The notes: generated by a model from the sequence alone, not told the origin. DNA of 64,000 nt from an uncultured Nitrospiraceae bacterium (GCA_963705105.1 CAVPIW010000009.1:32001-96000); one strand, 5' to 3'. Shown: positions 28,334 through 37,784, counted from the first letter of the stretch. Translations and numbers: made by a program.

Positions 28334-28944
28334 CGGTCGACGCCCTCTCCGGTCCTGCAGGAGACCTCGAAAATCGCAGCGGAGGGATTCAGTGAAAGAA
28401 CGTCACTCCTGATCTTTCCGACATCCACGTCGATATAGGGCATCAGGTCGATCTTGTTCAGGATGACGGCCGACGACTCCTGGAACATGCGGGGATATTT
28501 GAGGGGTTTGTCGTGCCCCTCCGTCAGGCTCAGGATCATCGCCTTCATGTCTTCACCAACGGCGAATTCGGCGGGGCAGACCAGGTTGCCCACATTCTCG
28601 ATGAAGAGCAGGTCCAGTTCCCGCAGGGGCAGGTCCGGAAGCACGGCGTAGATCATGTTCGCATCGAGATGGCAGGCGCCGCCGGTGTTGATCTGGACGA
28701 CGGGCACACCGAGCCGCTCTATCCGCAGCGCGTCATCGGTGCCGGTGATATCGCCCTCTATGACGCCGACCCTCCTCCTGTCCCTCAATCCGCCGATCGT
28801 CCGCTCCAGGAGTGATGTCTTGCCCGCGCCGGGCGAACTCATAAGATTGATCACGCAGACCCCGGATTCCCTGAAGAGCCTCCTGTTTTCCCCGGCGATC
28901 CTCTCGTTCGCATCGAGAATCCGGCTTGCAAGGCTGACCTTCAT
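28300..28944 (-). CDS. hypB: Hydrogenase nickel incorporation GTPase HypB
   Basis: SSPGAGKT, TGGACHLDA, ENVGNLVCPA, DKPLKYP, NKID. Confidence 0.97.
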   Translation of the reverse strand: MKVSLASRILDANERIAGENRRLFRESGVCVINLMSSPGAGKTSLLERTIGGLRDRRRVGVIEGDITGTDDALRIERLGVPVVQINTGGACHLDANMIYAVLPDLPLRELDLLFIENVGNLVCPAEFAVGEDMKAMILSLTEGHDKPLKYPRMFQESSAVILNKIDLMPYIDVDVGKIRSDVLSLNPSAAIFEVSCRTGEGVDRWVDWLLTKHS

Positions 28945-29288
28945 TCATCGACCTCCATTTCCACGATATCGAGCTCCCGGCCCGTCAGAATGTCGTAGGA
29001 CGTGCCCTCACAAAGCGGACACTGCAGAATATATTTTTCTTCTACGGTGAAACGGCCGCCGCAGGCCCGGCATGCGCCGGTCAGGGGGACCTCGTCGATC
29101 AGGAGCGCCGCGCCCCGGGCGATCGTCTGCTCCTTGAGGGCGTCGAAGGCAAAAAGGAGAGCCTCTGGCAACACGCCAGAGGCCCTGCCGATCCTGACTG
29201 TAATGCTCTCTATCCTCTGAAATCCCCTCTCCCTGCACTCCCGGACGGCCGTGTCGAGGAGGCTTTCAGCAATGGAGACCTCATGCAC
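28941..29288 (-). CDS. hypA: Hydrogenase maturation nickel chaperone HypA
   Basis: MHEVSIA...CRAC...CPLC...GREL. Confidence 0.96.
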   Translation of the reverse strand: MHEVSIAESLLDTAVRECRERGFQRIESITVRIGRASGVLPEALLFAFDALKEQTIARGAALLIDEVPLTGACRACGGRFTVEEKYILQCPLCEGTSYDILTGRELDIVEMEVDE

Positions 29289-29290
29289 CG

Positions 29291-29593
29291 TTACTTCTGG
29301 ACTTCCTTTTCGTAAGCCTGTTTGCCGGCGTCGAGGGCCGAGGTGAGCGCCGACTTCTGCTCTTCCAGGACTTCCTTGCCCTTGTCGATCGTCTGGGACA
29401 CCTTTTCCTTCGCCTGGCTCACGTACCCCGTCGTCTTCTCGGTCACATCGTCCGCCAGTTCACGTATCTTTTTCCGTGTCTCGGGGCCCGACTGCGGCGC
29501 GAGCAGGAATGCCAGACCGGCGCCGACGAGTCCGCCCAGCAGGAACGAGAGCAACACCGAGCCTGCGTTGAAACCACCTTCTTCGTGATGCAT
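29291..29593 (-). CDS. YtxH-domain protein
   Basis: FLLGGLVGAGLAFLLAPQSGPETRKKI. Confidence 0.9.
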   Translation of the reverse strand: MHHEEGGFNAGSVLLSFLLGGLVGAGLAFLLAPQSGPETRKKIRELADDVTEKTTGYVSQAKEKVSQTIDKGKEVLEEQKSALTSALDAGKQAYEKEVQK

Positions 29594-29597
29594 GCTA

Positions 29598-30005
29598 TCA
29601 CCTCCTGTGCTTGATTTGTTTCATGAACACGTCGACGGCCGTCCCGACACCGGCTTTCAGACCCAGCACCCGGAGGGACAGGCCTTCCCTCACCTCCGTG
29701 ACGAGAAGACTGAGGGCGTTCACGTTCGTCACGATGTCCGAGAGCGCCGACGAGAGGTTTCTCGCCTCGCCGGAGACCGTCGCGACATCATCGCTGATCC
29801 TTTTGATGTTTTTAAGCGCCTGCTCCGCCTCGACGAGGGCGGGGGTCATCTTCTCTTCCGCAGCTTTCAAAAAATCCTTTGCGCCGGCGACGACCTTCCT
29901 CACTTCGAGGGCTACAAAAATAAGGAAAAAGATTGCCGCAAGCAGAACGATAATCATGACGAAAAGGCCGCCGGTCAGGATGACGAGAAAGGGCTGGCTG
30001 ATCAT
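29598..30005 (-). CDS. DUF948/YoxC-like membrane coiled-coil protein
   Basis: N-terminal TM plus coiled coil, adjacent to YtxH as is typical. GGAGG RBS. Confidence 0.75.
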   Translation of the reverse strand: MISQPFLVILTGGLFVMIIVLLAAIFFLIFVALEVRKVVAGAKDFLKAAEEKMTPALVEAEQALKNIKRISDDVATVSGEARNLSSALSDIVTNVNALSLLVTEVREGLSLRVLGLKAGVGTAVDVFMKQIKHRR

Positions 30006-30031
30006 GTCTCCTCCTTCTTGTATTAAGTATA

Positions 30032-30622
30032 TCACATCCGCTCCCCTTGCCCGCCGCGGCGGGCCGTCTCCCTGAAAACGTGGAAAATACGATGGATGAC
30101 CGTCAGATGGCTCAGGACCAGGAGAATGACGAGGACCGGGATGATCCATCCGCTCATGCATCCCGCCGCTATGAGGACCACCCGCTCAGGACGCTCCATG
30201 AGCCCGACGTGACAGGAGATGCCGAGCCCCTCTGCCCTCGCCCTGACATAGCTGATCAGCAGGGCGCCCACAAGGCAGCCGAGGGTCAGGATCAGGCCGG
30301 CCTGGTCCTGCATCCTGAAGAAGTACCAGGCAAGGGCGATGAAGATGCACGAATCGGAGTACCTGTCGAGTGTCGAATCGAGAAAGGCCCCGAACTTCGT
30401 CCGCTGCTCGTTTATCCGCGCAACGATGCCGTCGAGGATGTCGAAGAGCCCCCCGAGGAGGATGAGAAGACCGCCTGCCATGATATGAAAGGGCAGGACC
30501 ACGGAGGCGGCAAGGGTGATGACAAAGCCGATGACGGAGATGACGTTCGGACTGAGCGGTATCTTTCGTGCGATCGGGGCAAGCGGTTTATCGAGAAAAT
30601 GTCCGAGTTTCGCACTCAGCAA
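30032..30622 (-). CDS. CDP-alcohol phosphatidyltransferase (putative phosphatidylinositol-phosphate synthase)
   Basis: DILDGIVAR...FGAFLDSTLDRYSD, SYVRARAEGLG, GLMERPER. Abuts ino1. Confidence 0.9.
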   Translation of the reverse strand: MLSAKLGHFLDKPLAPIARKIPLSPNVISVIGFVITLAASVVLPFHIMAGGLLILLGGLFDILDGIVARINEQRTKFGAFLDSTLDRYSDSCIFIALAWYFFRMQDQAGLILTLGCLVGALLISYVRARAEGLGISCHVGLMERPERVVLIAAGCMSGWIIPVLVILLVLSHLTVIHRIFHVFRETARRGGQGERM

Positions 30623-31726
30623 CTACCTCTCCCTGGAGCCGGCGATGAACTCCTCGACCCTGCTGTGGGCCTCTTCGTCTGTGCACTGCGTTTTCGGGTG
30701 TTTCATAAAGTATGCCGACGGTGACAGGAGAAGGCCCTCCGTCCCCCTGTCGCGCGCGATCCTGCAGCACCGGATGGCGTCGATGACGACACCGGCGCTG
30801 TTCGGTGAATCCTCGACGGAGAGCCTGAGCTCAAAGTGCATCGGCATGTTGCCGAAACCGGCCCCTTCGATGCGGATGAAGCAGACCTTGTTGTCATTGA
30901 GCCAGGGGACATAGTCCGACGGGCCGATATGTATGTTTTCATTCATGAGCTGGTGGGTGATCTGGGAGTGAACGGCTTCTGTCTTCGATATCTTCTTGGA
31001 TTTCAGCCTCTGGTTGTTGAGCATGTTCAGGAAATCCGTGTTTCCTCCCACATTGAGCTGGTAGGTATGGTTCACTGTGACTCCGCGGTCCATGAAGAGC
31101 TTCGCCAGGGTCCGGTGTATGATCGTCGCGCCGATCTGGGACTTCACGTCATCGCCGATGAGCTGGAGCCCCTTTTCTTCGAAGCGGCGGATCCATTCGT
31201 CGTCGGAGGCGATGAAGACGGGGATGCAGTTGATGAAGGCCACGCCCGCTTCAAGACACGCATTGGCATAAAACCGCGTCGCCTGCTCGGACCCGACGGG
31301 CAGGTAGTTCAGGAGCATCTCGGCGCCGCTGTCCCGCAGCACCTGCGCCACGTCGCAGGGTTTCTCCTTCGCCTCGATGAACCTCCTGTCTTCAGGATAA
31401 TCCGCCATGTGCGGCGAAATGCCGTCGAGCACCTCACCCATCATGACCGTCACGGGATAGTCGGGCAGGCCGGGGAAAAAGACCTTGGTGCAGTTCGGCT
31501 TCGAAAAGACCGCCTCCCGTAAAGGTCTCCCCACCTTCCTGGCGTCCACGTCGAATGCCGCGACGACCTCTATGTCTTCAGGCCTGTATCCGCCGAGATC
31601 GTAGTGCATGAGACCGGGAGGCCGGTCGTTCCGGCCCGTCTGCCGCGACCGGTAGTATTCGATGCCCTGGATCAGAGAACTGGCGCAATTCCCGATACCG
31701 GCTATCGCAATGCGTATGGCGCCCAT
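30623..31726 (-). CDS. ino1: myo-inositol-1-phosphate synthase
   Basis: [47 protein letters not shown]. Confidence 0.95.
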   Translation of the reverse strand: MGAIRIAIAGIGNCASSLIQGIEYYRSRQTGRNDRPPGLMHYDLGGYRPEDIEVVAAFDVDARKVGRPLREAVFSKPNCTKVFFPGLPDYPVTVMMGEVLDGISPHMADYPEDRRFIEAKEKPCDVAQVLRDSGAEMLLNYLPVGSEQATRFYANACLEAGVAFINCIPVFIASDDEWIRRFEEKGLQLIGDDVKSQIGATIIHRTLAKLFMDRGVTVNHTYQLNVGGNTDFLNMLNNQRLKSKKISKTEAVHSQITHQLMNENIHIGPSDYVPWLNDNKVCFIRIEGAGFGNMPMHFELRLSVEDSPNSAGVVIDAIRCCRIARDRGTEGLLLSPSAYFMKHPKTQCTDEEAHSRVEEFIAGSRER

Positions 31727-31779
31727 CGTTGCATTATCTCCTTGTCACCTTCGTTATATCCGCTCTATCACTGCATGAA

Positions 31780-31989
31780 CCTTATCGATGCAATACACTC
31801 CCGGGAAGGGAGGGGTGTATGCGCCGAAAACCTTGCTGCGGCGACACCGTAACCCTCACGGAAGACAACCTTTCAAGCCAATGGTCGATCAAACAAAAAG
31901 CAGAATCCTGAAAAACAAACCTAACGAGGCTTATCGTCGCCTTCAGCAAGGCTTTGAGGCGCTTCGCCCCTCCCTTCTATGCAACAAGG
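31780..31989 (+). mobile_element. MITE-like repeat, subtype A, TSD TGAA, with compensatory stem changes
   Basis: tgaa-CCTTATCGATGCA...GAAGGGAGGGG...CCCCTCCCTTC...TGCAACAAGG-tgaa. Confidence 0.88.
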
Positions 31990-32143
31990 TGAAGAGGCTG
32001 TGCGAAACGCCTCAAAGTCTTTCCGGATGCGGACTGATCTTCTCGTCTATCCGCATGTCCGCCCGTTTCGATCGGTACTTAAATAGCATGTTATAAATGA
32101 AGTGGTATCTTTCTGTCAAGCAAACGGGCCGCCGCCGGGTCGT

Positions 32144-32938
32144 TCAGACAGGGACCCGGAGCGCCCTCCCGGGCTCGCGGAGGGACGGGACGGCCGCTGT
32201 AAAATCCGATGATTTCAGAGGCTTCGAGAGGACCGCCCGCAGATGCCTGTCGACGAGGCCTCTCATCTCGTCAAGGATCGGGGCCGGCACACGAACCCGC
32301 GACACCGCTTCCACAGGCCAGGAGATCAGGCCCCGGTATACCTTCAGTGTTCTGTCGGAAAAAGAAACGGCCTCCCCGTCGCCGGCCGGGCATTTTCCGC
32401 ACAGCACCGAGCCGTGGGTGGGGAAAAAGCGGTACATTTCCCTCCTCTCGCTGCTCCCGCAGCGGCCGCAACTGTCAAGCCTCGGCTGATAGCCGCTCAG
32501 AGCGAGAAACCGTATCTTGCAGTAGAGCGGGGGAAGCCTGTTGCCCTTGTCCTCGTCGACGGCCCGGAGTGTGGCGAGGAGGAGCGTGAAGAAGCTGTCG
32601 TTCCGCTCCCTTTCCGGCAACAGGCGGAGGTTCATTTCGAGGAGTTCCGACACTGCGAGAAAGCAGTGGTAGTTATCCCGGATCGCCTGAAAGGACTCGC
32701 CGATATCCGACTGCGTCAGCCTCGGCAGAGGACTCTGCTCCCTGCCGATGAAGGAAATGCGGGCGCAGGTGAGCGGTTCGAGGCTGCTCCCGAACCTGCT
32801 CTTCGTCTTTCTCGGGCTCTTGGCGAAAACACTGAGCAGACCGCAGTCGCGCGTGAGATAGGTGACGATCAGATCGGCCTCGCCGAAAGGAGAGCTCCTC
32901 AGGACGATCCCCTCGGTCCGGACCGGACGGGCAGTCAT
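32144..32938 (-). CDS. recO: DNA repair protein RecO
   Basis: TEGIVLR...GEADLIVTYLT...SRFGSSLEP plus a CGRC/CGKC zinc finger. Confidence 0.93.
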   Translation of the reverse strand: MTARPVRTEGIVLRSSPFGEADLIVTYLTRDCGLLSVFAKSPRKTKSRFGSSLEPLTCARISFIGREQSPLPRLTQSDIGESFQAIRDNYHCFLAVSELLEMNLRLLPERERNDSFFTLLLATLRAVDEDKGNRLPPLYCKIRFLALSGYQPRLDSCGRCGSSERREMYRFFPTHGSVLCGKCPAGDGEAVSFSDRTLKVYRGLISWPVEAVSRVRVPAPILDEMRGLVDRHLRAVLSKPLKSSDFTAAVPSLREPGRALRVPV

Positions 32939-32953
32939 GGGACGGGAACGCCG

Positions 32954-33409
32954 CTACATGACATTCCCGAAATCTTCGGGCTTGAGGTTCTTAAGCCACT
33001 CCTCAAGCTCGTCGGCCCGCCTGACTTCAAGGACGGTGTCCTTGACGAATATGGGGGCCTGCACCCTGAGGGCGACGGCGACGGCGTCGGAAGGTCTGGA
33101 ATCTATGGTAATCTCGCGTTCTCCGTTATTTGCATGGATGAGGGCGTAGTAAGTGTTGTCGACGATCTCGGTGATGACGATCCGTGTCACCTTTGCCTGG
33201 AGGCCCTCAAAGACGTTTTTCACGAGGTCATGGGTCAAAGGCCTCGGTGTGATCACCTTGCCGAGGGCGAGCGCTATGGCATCCGCCTCGGGCTTGCCGA
33301 TCCAAATGGGAAGCGTTTCATTCCCGTCCACCTGCTGCAGAAGCAGGATATACATGCTGCTCCTCGGATCGAAGAGGAGACCCTCAACCTTCATCTGTAT
33401 CAACATCAC
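32954..33409 (-). CDS. Bifunctional nuclease family protein (DUF151)
   Basis: LPIWIG..EA..I, PRPLTHDL, IDSRPSDA. Confidence 0.92.
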   Translation of the reverse strand: MMLIQMKVEGLLFDPRSSMYILLLQQVDGNETLPIWIGKPEADAIALALGKVITPRPLTHDLVKNVFEGLQAKVTRIVITEIVDNTYYALIHANNGEREITIDSRPSDAVAVALRVQAPIFVKDTVLEVRRADELEEWLKNLKPEDFGNVM

Positions 33410-34332
33410 GCAAACCCCAGTTCCTTTAGAAATTGATTGTTACTTCTCCAGTCTTTTCGCATCTTGACCCAGAGAGAGAGGTGGACCTTCGCCCCCAGCA
33501 ATCCTTCGATCTCCTCGCGGGCGCTCGTCCCGATCGCCTTCAGGCGCGATCCGCCTTTGCCTATTATTATACCCTTTTGCCCTTCCCTTTCGATATAGAT
33601 ATTCGCGCCGATGAGGATGATCCCGTCCTCCCTCTCCTGCCAGGTCATGATCTCCGTCGCAATGGCGAAGGGGACCTCCTTTTCCGTCAGCTCCATCGCC
33701 TTTTCGCGGATAATCTCAGCCACCATGAACCGTTCGAGCTGGTCCGTGACGAGATCGTCGGGATAGTAGCGCGGCCCCTCGGGGAGGTATGAGACGATCG
33801 TGCCGACGAGCAGGTCGACGCCGTCTCCTGTCAGGGCCGAAAGGGGGATGATCTCCCTGAAGGCATAGAGCTTCCGGTAGGCTTCAATGACGGGAAGCAG
33901 CCTTGGCTTTTTCACCGTGTCCGCCTTGTTGATGACGAGGAAGACAGGCGAGGCGACGTCCCTGAGGAGGTCCAGGATGAGGCGATTTCCGGCTCCGGGC
34001 ATGACGGGCTCGACGAGAAAGAGGACCACGTCAACGTTTTTCATTGACTCCCGGGCCTCCTTCACCATGATCTCGCCGAGGCGGTGCAGGGGCCGGTGGA
34101 TGCCCGGCGTGTCGACAAAGATGATCTGGGCCTCCGGCAACGTCCTGATCCCGGTGATCCTCTTCCTCGTCGTCTGGGGCTTCGCGGTGACGATGGCGAT
34201 CTTCTCGCCCAGTATGGCGTTGAGCAGGGTCGATTTCCCGACGTTCGGCCTCCCGATGAGGCAGGCATAGCCGCTCCGGAAGGCCGTTTCGCCGCTGTTC
34301 GGATGATCCGATGTTTTACCTTGCGGTTGCAT
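33406..34332 (-). CDS. era: GTPase Era (start codon lies inside the MITE end)
   Basis: GRPNVGKSTL, PQTTR, DTPG, NKAD and KH GIIIGKGG. The only in-frame starts upstream of G1 are ATG 34332 and TTG 34347, both in the repeat. Confidence 0.95.
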   Translation of the reverse strand: MQPQGKTSDHPNSGETAFRSGYACLIGRPNVGKSTLLNAILGEKIAIVTAKPQTTRKRITGIRTLPEAQIIFVDTPGIHRPLHRLGEIMVKEARESMKNVDVVLFLVEPVMPGAGNRLILDLLRDVASPVFLVINKADTVKKPRLLPVIEAYRKLYAFREIIPLSALTGDGVDLLVGTIVSYLPEGPRYYPDDLVTDQLERFMVAEIIREKAMELTEKEVPFAIATEIMTWQEREDGIILIGANIYIEREGQKGIIIGKGGSRLKAIGTSAREEIEGLLGAKVHLSLWVKMRKDWRSNNQFLKELGFA

Positions 34333-34625
34333 GAAAAGGCGGGGCAAAGCGCCTCAAAGCCTCGCTGATAGCGACATTGCTTATTTCAGTCTCGGTTCTC
34401 ATCGTTCATAATCGTACGCTGTTCTGCCGTGAAGGCAGATATGGTTCAAAACCTTTCCAATGCGATGATCTTAGCGGAAAGGCTTTTCACCACATCAGCC
34501 TTCCCGCCCGCGTGTTCGTTCCTGCTATCCACTAATGACTCAATGACTGAGTGTCTTAATGACTTAATGACTGTTATGATGGCGCCTTCGCCCCGCCTTT
34601 CCCGACTGCTTAAGCAACGATGAGG
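34319..34625 (-). mobile_element. MITE-like repeat, subtype C (internally deleted, with octamer repeat cargo)
   Basis: CCTTGCGGTTGCATGAAAAGGCGGGGC...CGCCCCGCCTTTC...GCAACGATGAGG. Contains AATGACT repeats at about 34531-34572. Confidence 0.85.
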
Positions 34626-34644
34626 TGCCGGAGTCTTCATAATG

Positions 34645-35841
34645 TCAGGAGAGACGCTCCCGTGCAGCCTTGATCCGCTCGACGCCCTTTTCGATGTTCT
34701 CCATCGATGTCGCATAGGAAAGCCTGATATAACGGTCGTCGCCGAAGGCCTCTCCATGGACGAGGGCCACCTGGGCCTCTTCGAGGAGGTACAGGGCGAA
34801 ATCGAGGGAGGAATTGATCGTCCTGTCGCCCGCTTTCTTTCCGTACAGGGCCGACACGTCCGGGAAGGCGTAGAAGGCGCCGTTGGGCTTGAGACAGCGC
34901 ACGCCGTCGATGGCGTTGAGCCTGTCGACGAGGTACGATCTCCTGCGGTCGAACTCGGCTCTCATGGTGCCGATGAAATCCTGGGGGCCTCTCAGTGCCG
35001 CCACGGCCGCCTTCTGGCTGATCGATGTGGGGTTCGACGTGGACTGGCTCTGGATGTTGGTCATCGCCTTGATGACGTCCTTCGGCCCCGCCGCATACCC
35101 CATCCTCCAGCCCGTCATGGCATGAGACTTCGACAGGCCGTTCACCACGATCGTGAGGTCCCTGATTTCCTTTCCCAGTGACGCGATGCTGATATGTTCG
35201 GTGCCGTCGTACACGAGTTTCTCATAGATCTCGTCCGAGACGATCACGATATTGTGCTTCACGGCGATCCGGGCGATCGCTTCGAGGGTCTTCCTGTCAT
35301 AGGCGAGGCCCGTCGGGTTCGACGGCGAATTGAGGATGAGGGCCTTCGTCTTCTTGGTGATCGCCGCTTCGAGCGCCTCAGGCCTGATCATAAAGTTGTC
35401 GGACTCGCTCGTCGCGACGATGACGGGTATTCCGTCATTCAGGAGCACCTGGTCGGGATAGGACACCCAGTAGGGGGCGGGGATGATGACTTCGTCCCCC
35501 GGGCCGAAGAGGGCCTGGGCGATGTTGTAGAGGCTGTGCTTCGCCCCGCAGGAGACGAGTATTTCCTCCCTCGCGTATTCGAGGCCGTTGTCGGTTTTGA
35601 ATTTATCGATAACCGCATCCTTCAGTTCGTCGATGCCGCCGACAGGGGTGTACTTCGTGAACCCCTCCCGGATTGCCTTTATGGCCGCCTCTTTTATGTG
35701 ATCGGGTGTATCGTAGTCCGGCTCTCCAACGCCGAAATTGACGACATCAACCCCCTGGGCCTTCATTGCTTTCGCTTTCGCATCCATGGCGAGCGTCGGC
35801 GACGGCTTGATCTTCTTTGCCCTTTCCGATAGCATGGACAT
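34645..35841 (-). CDS. aspC: PLP-dependent aspartate aminotransferase (class I/II)
   Basis: GEPDYDTP, TKYT, NSPSNPTG, SDEIY, SKSHAMTGWRMGY, GAFY, RLSYA. Confidence 0.92.
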   Translation of the reverse strand: MSMLSERAKKIKPSPTLAMDAKAKAMKAQGVDVVNFGVGEPDYDTPDHIKEAAIKAIREGFTKYTPVGGIDELKDAVIDKFKTDNGLEYAREEILVSCGAKHSLYNIAQALFGPGDEVIIPAPYWVSYPDQVLLNDGIPVIVATSESDNFMIRPEALEAAITKKTKALILNSPSNPTGLAYDRKTLEAIARIAVKHNIVIVSDEIYEKLVYDGTEHISIASLGKEIRDLTIVVNGLSKSHAMTGWRMGYAAGPKDVIKAMTNIQSQSTSNPTSISQKAAVAALRGPQDFIGTMRAEFDRRRSYLVDRLNAIDGVRCLKPNGAFYAFPDVSALYGKKAGDRTINSSLDFALYLLEEAQVALVHGEAFGDDRYIRLSYATSMENIEKGVERIKAARERLS

Positions 35842-35887
35842 GTCCTCCTCGCGTCAATGATTTTTCACTGAGACAGTGCAACCATCA

Positions 35888-36385
35888 TTATAACCCATTC
35901 CCCGACCTCCTCGCCCTGATTTTCTCGAGGGTCTCCCGGAAGTTCTCGTCTGCAGGCTTCAGTTCCGTCGCCTTCAGAGCCAGGGTCTCCGCCTCTGCGA
36001 GGTTTTCACCTTTGGTATAAAAAAGCCAGGCGAGGTTGTTGTATGCATCGGCGAGGGCAGGCCTCTCCCGGATGGCGCGGCGGTAATACGTCTCGGCGTC
36101 ATCCAGATCGCCCTTCTGAAAGGCGACGTTGCCCATGTAGAGAAAGGCCTCGGGCAGCTTCTTCGAGGCCCGGCGGTACTCCTCGAAGGCGGGATCGAGC
36201 TCGCCCTTCCTCTCATAGGCAAGGCCGAGGCTGATGTGCTCCTCCGGCGTGAGAGGGTCCTCGAGCACGATGATCCGGGGAAGGGAACAGGAGACCAGGG
36301 CACAGAAGCAAAGGAGAATCAGCATTAACCTTGAAGTTGCACGAAAAGGCGGGGGAAAGCGCCCCGCAGACATGTTCCCGATCAT
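35888..36385 (-). CDS. TPR-repeat lipoprotein
   Basis: LVSC lipobox and TPR motifs (HISLGLAY, YMGNVAF, AYNNLAW). ATGA coupling with the upstream gene. Confidence 0.85.
   Translation of the reverse strand: MIGNMSAGRFPPPFRATSRLMLILLCFCALVSCSLPRIIVLEDPLTPEEHISLGLAYERKGELDPAFEEYRRASKKLPEAFLYMGNVAFQKGDLDDAETYYRRAIRERPALADAYNNLAWLFYTKGENLAEAETLALKATELKPADENFRETLEKIRARRSGNGL
36329..36363 (-). repeat. MITE terminal remnant inside the TPR gene 5' end
   Basis: CCTTGAAGTTGCACGAAAAGGCGGGGGAAAGCGCC encodes GRFPPPFRATSR. Confidence 0.7.
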
Positions 36386-37041
36386 TGAGGTCTCACCCAA
36401 AGGGTCCAGTAATCCGTCTTTTTCCACATGCCGAGGAACTCCCCTCTCTCCATATGGGCAGCCTCGTCCAGGCCGGAATGGACCATGACACCGCGGTCAT
36501 CTATGCCAAAGACGACCATGTAGTGGTGGATCCGGTAAACCGAAATCCCCCGGTCGACGAGGACGATGACGGGAAAGCGGCCGCTGATCTTCTCCCGGAG
36601 ATCGTCCCAACTCCCCCGGTAATAATCAGCCTTCAGTCCCTTCTTCCGCGCATAGATCATGAGGTCGACGTTGAGCGTGCCCCTTGCCGCGGGGCTGAAG
36701 ATGTCCGCGGCGACGGATTCGGGAGAGACAGCGACACGCCAGAACTGCAGCACGCTCGCGAGGGACGCAGGCCCGCATTGGTACTCCTCCTGGGGGAAGA
36801 AGGGGACCCCCTGGATGATGATCATCGGCGACGGAGCCTCTTGAGAAGGTTTCTGCTCCGGCAGGGCGGCGCATCCCCAGGCCGCCAGGAGCAGCAAGGC
36901 CGGAATGAACCATGCGATTGCACGAAAAGGCAAGGCAAAGCGCCTCAATGCCTTTCTGATCGCTACGCTGCAGCCGGGGGGGCAGATATGGTTCAAAGCC
37001 TTTCCGGAAGTTCTATGCGACGGTATGATGAAGGTACGCAT
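36382..37041 (-). CDS. C39-like cysteine peptidase lipoprotein (PA2778 family); start uncertain
   Basis: VPFFPQEEYQCGPASLA, PVIVLVD, HYMVV and lipobox AWGC. The N-terminus overlaps a MITE remnant. Confidence 0.85.
   Translation of the reverse strand: MRTFIIPSHRTSGKALNHICPPGCSVAIRKALRRFALPFRAIAWFIPALLLLAAWGCAALPEQKPSQEAPSPMIIIQGVPFFPQEEYQCGPASLASVLQFWRVAVSPESVAADIFSPAARGTLNVDLMIYARKKGLKADYYRGSWDDLREKISGRFPVIVLVDRGISVYRIHHYMVVFGIDDRGVMVHSGLDEAAHMERGEFLGMWKKTDYWTLWVRPQ
36910..37028 (-). mobile_element. Degenerate MITE subtype C remnant in the C39 gene 5' region
   Basis: CCATGCGATTGCACGAAAAGGCAAGGCAAAGCGCCTCAA...GGCAGATATGGTTCAAAGCCTTTCC. Confidence 0.75.
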
Positions 37042-37076
37042 TTTCGTGATGGTGACGGCTGTTTGGATATTCAGGA

Positions 37077-37120
37077 CCGCAGGGCCGCCGGATTCCGTCT
37101 TATGTCCGGCGGCCCTGCGG
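37077..37120. terminator. Strong GC hairpin (16-bp stem) without a U-tract; terminator or mRNA stabiliser
   Basis: CCGCAGGGCCGCCGGA-N12-TCCGGCGGCCCTGCGG. Confidence 0.55.
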
Positions 37121-37147
37121 CTGTCGTGACCGGGAGGATTTCAACAT

Positions 37148-37537
37148 CTATTTGACGATTATCCTGTGTCCCGTCAACTGTATGATGACAATGATGAGAA
37201 TGATGATGACGAGGATGGCGATGATCACCCCTGCGGCATCACCCCCGACCTGCAGGTCGTCGATTTTGAGGGCAAGCTGATGAATCTGCTGGTCGTCAAG
37301 CTGCTCCAGTCTGCCGGCGATCTCCTCCTGCGTGAATCCGAGTTTTTCCATCCGTTCCCTGACGACCTTCATCTCCAGGATCTGCCGGATCTTATCAAGA
37401 TCGGCATGCCTGTCGACGCTTGTCAGGGCGGCCAGGTCGGACGGGGAGAAGCCCGCATCGACCTTCGGGGCAACGGCAAGAAGGGCCATAATCAGAACGA
37501 GATACCACGTGATGTGCTTCATAAAGGGAATCCTCAT
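37148..37537 (-). CDS. PA2779-family protein
   Basis: Signal peptide, EEIAGRLEQLDDQQIHQLA and VGG followed by a hydrophobic C-terminal tail. Next to a PA2778-like peptidase. Confidence 0.8.
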   Translation of the reverse strand: MRIPFMKHITWYLVLIMALLAVAPKVDAGFSPSDLAALTSVDRHADLDKIRQILEMKVVRERMEKLGFTQEEIAGRLEQLDDQQIHQLALKIDDLQVGGDAAGVIIAILVIIILIIVIIQLTGHRIIVK

Positions 37538-37578
37538 GCTCCGTATCACCTCCTTTCTCTTCGATCGGGAATAGTAAA

Positions 37579-37774
37579 CCTTATCGCTGCAATACACTCC
37601 CGGGAAAGGCGGGGCGTATGCGCCGAAAACCTTGCTGCGGCGACACCTGTATCGAGACTGAAGACGAGGCATAAGCCAATGTCAGGAGAATTGGGCATCT
37701 TTTCCGACACGGACACGCACTACTGACACTGTTTTCAGGGTGCTTCGCCCCGCCTTTCAATGCAACTAACACGG
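37579..37774 (+). mobile_element. MITE-like repeat, subtype A, TSD TAAA
   Basis: taaa-CCTTATCGCTGCAATACACTCCCGGGAAAGGCGGGGCG...CGCCCCGCCTTTCAATGCAACTAACACGG-taaa. Confidence 0.88.
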
Positions 37775-37784
37775 TAAACGCTCG

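Noticed and set aside
27230..28438. 402-aa ORF with an internal 100-aa repeat
   Set aside because: It is the translated tandem MITE plus the antisense of tadA. There is no evidence it is a real gene.
17512..29288. A NiFe-hydrogenase operon (HybA/HybB-like plus hypABC)
   Set aside because: There are no large or small hydrogenase subunits or hypDEF in the window, and the hyp genes are separated from the respiratory operon by unrelated genes.
32022..32062. Hairpin GGATGCGGA...TCCGCATGTCC upstream of ino1 as a riboswitch or ncRNA
   Set aside because: It is a single imperfect stem with no recognisable aptamer motif.
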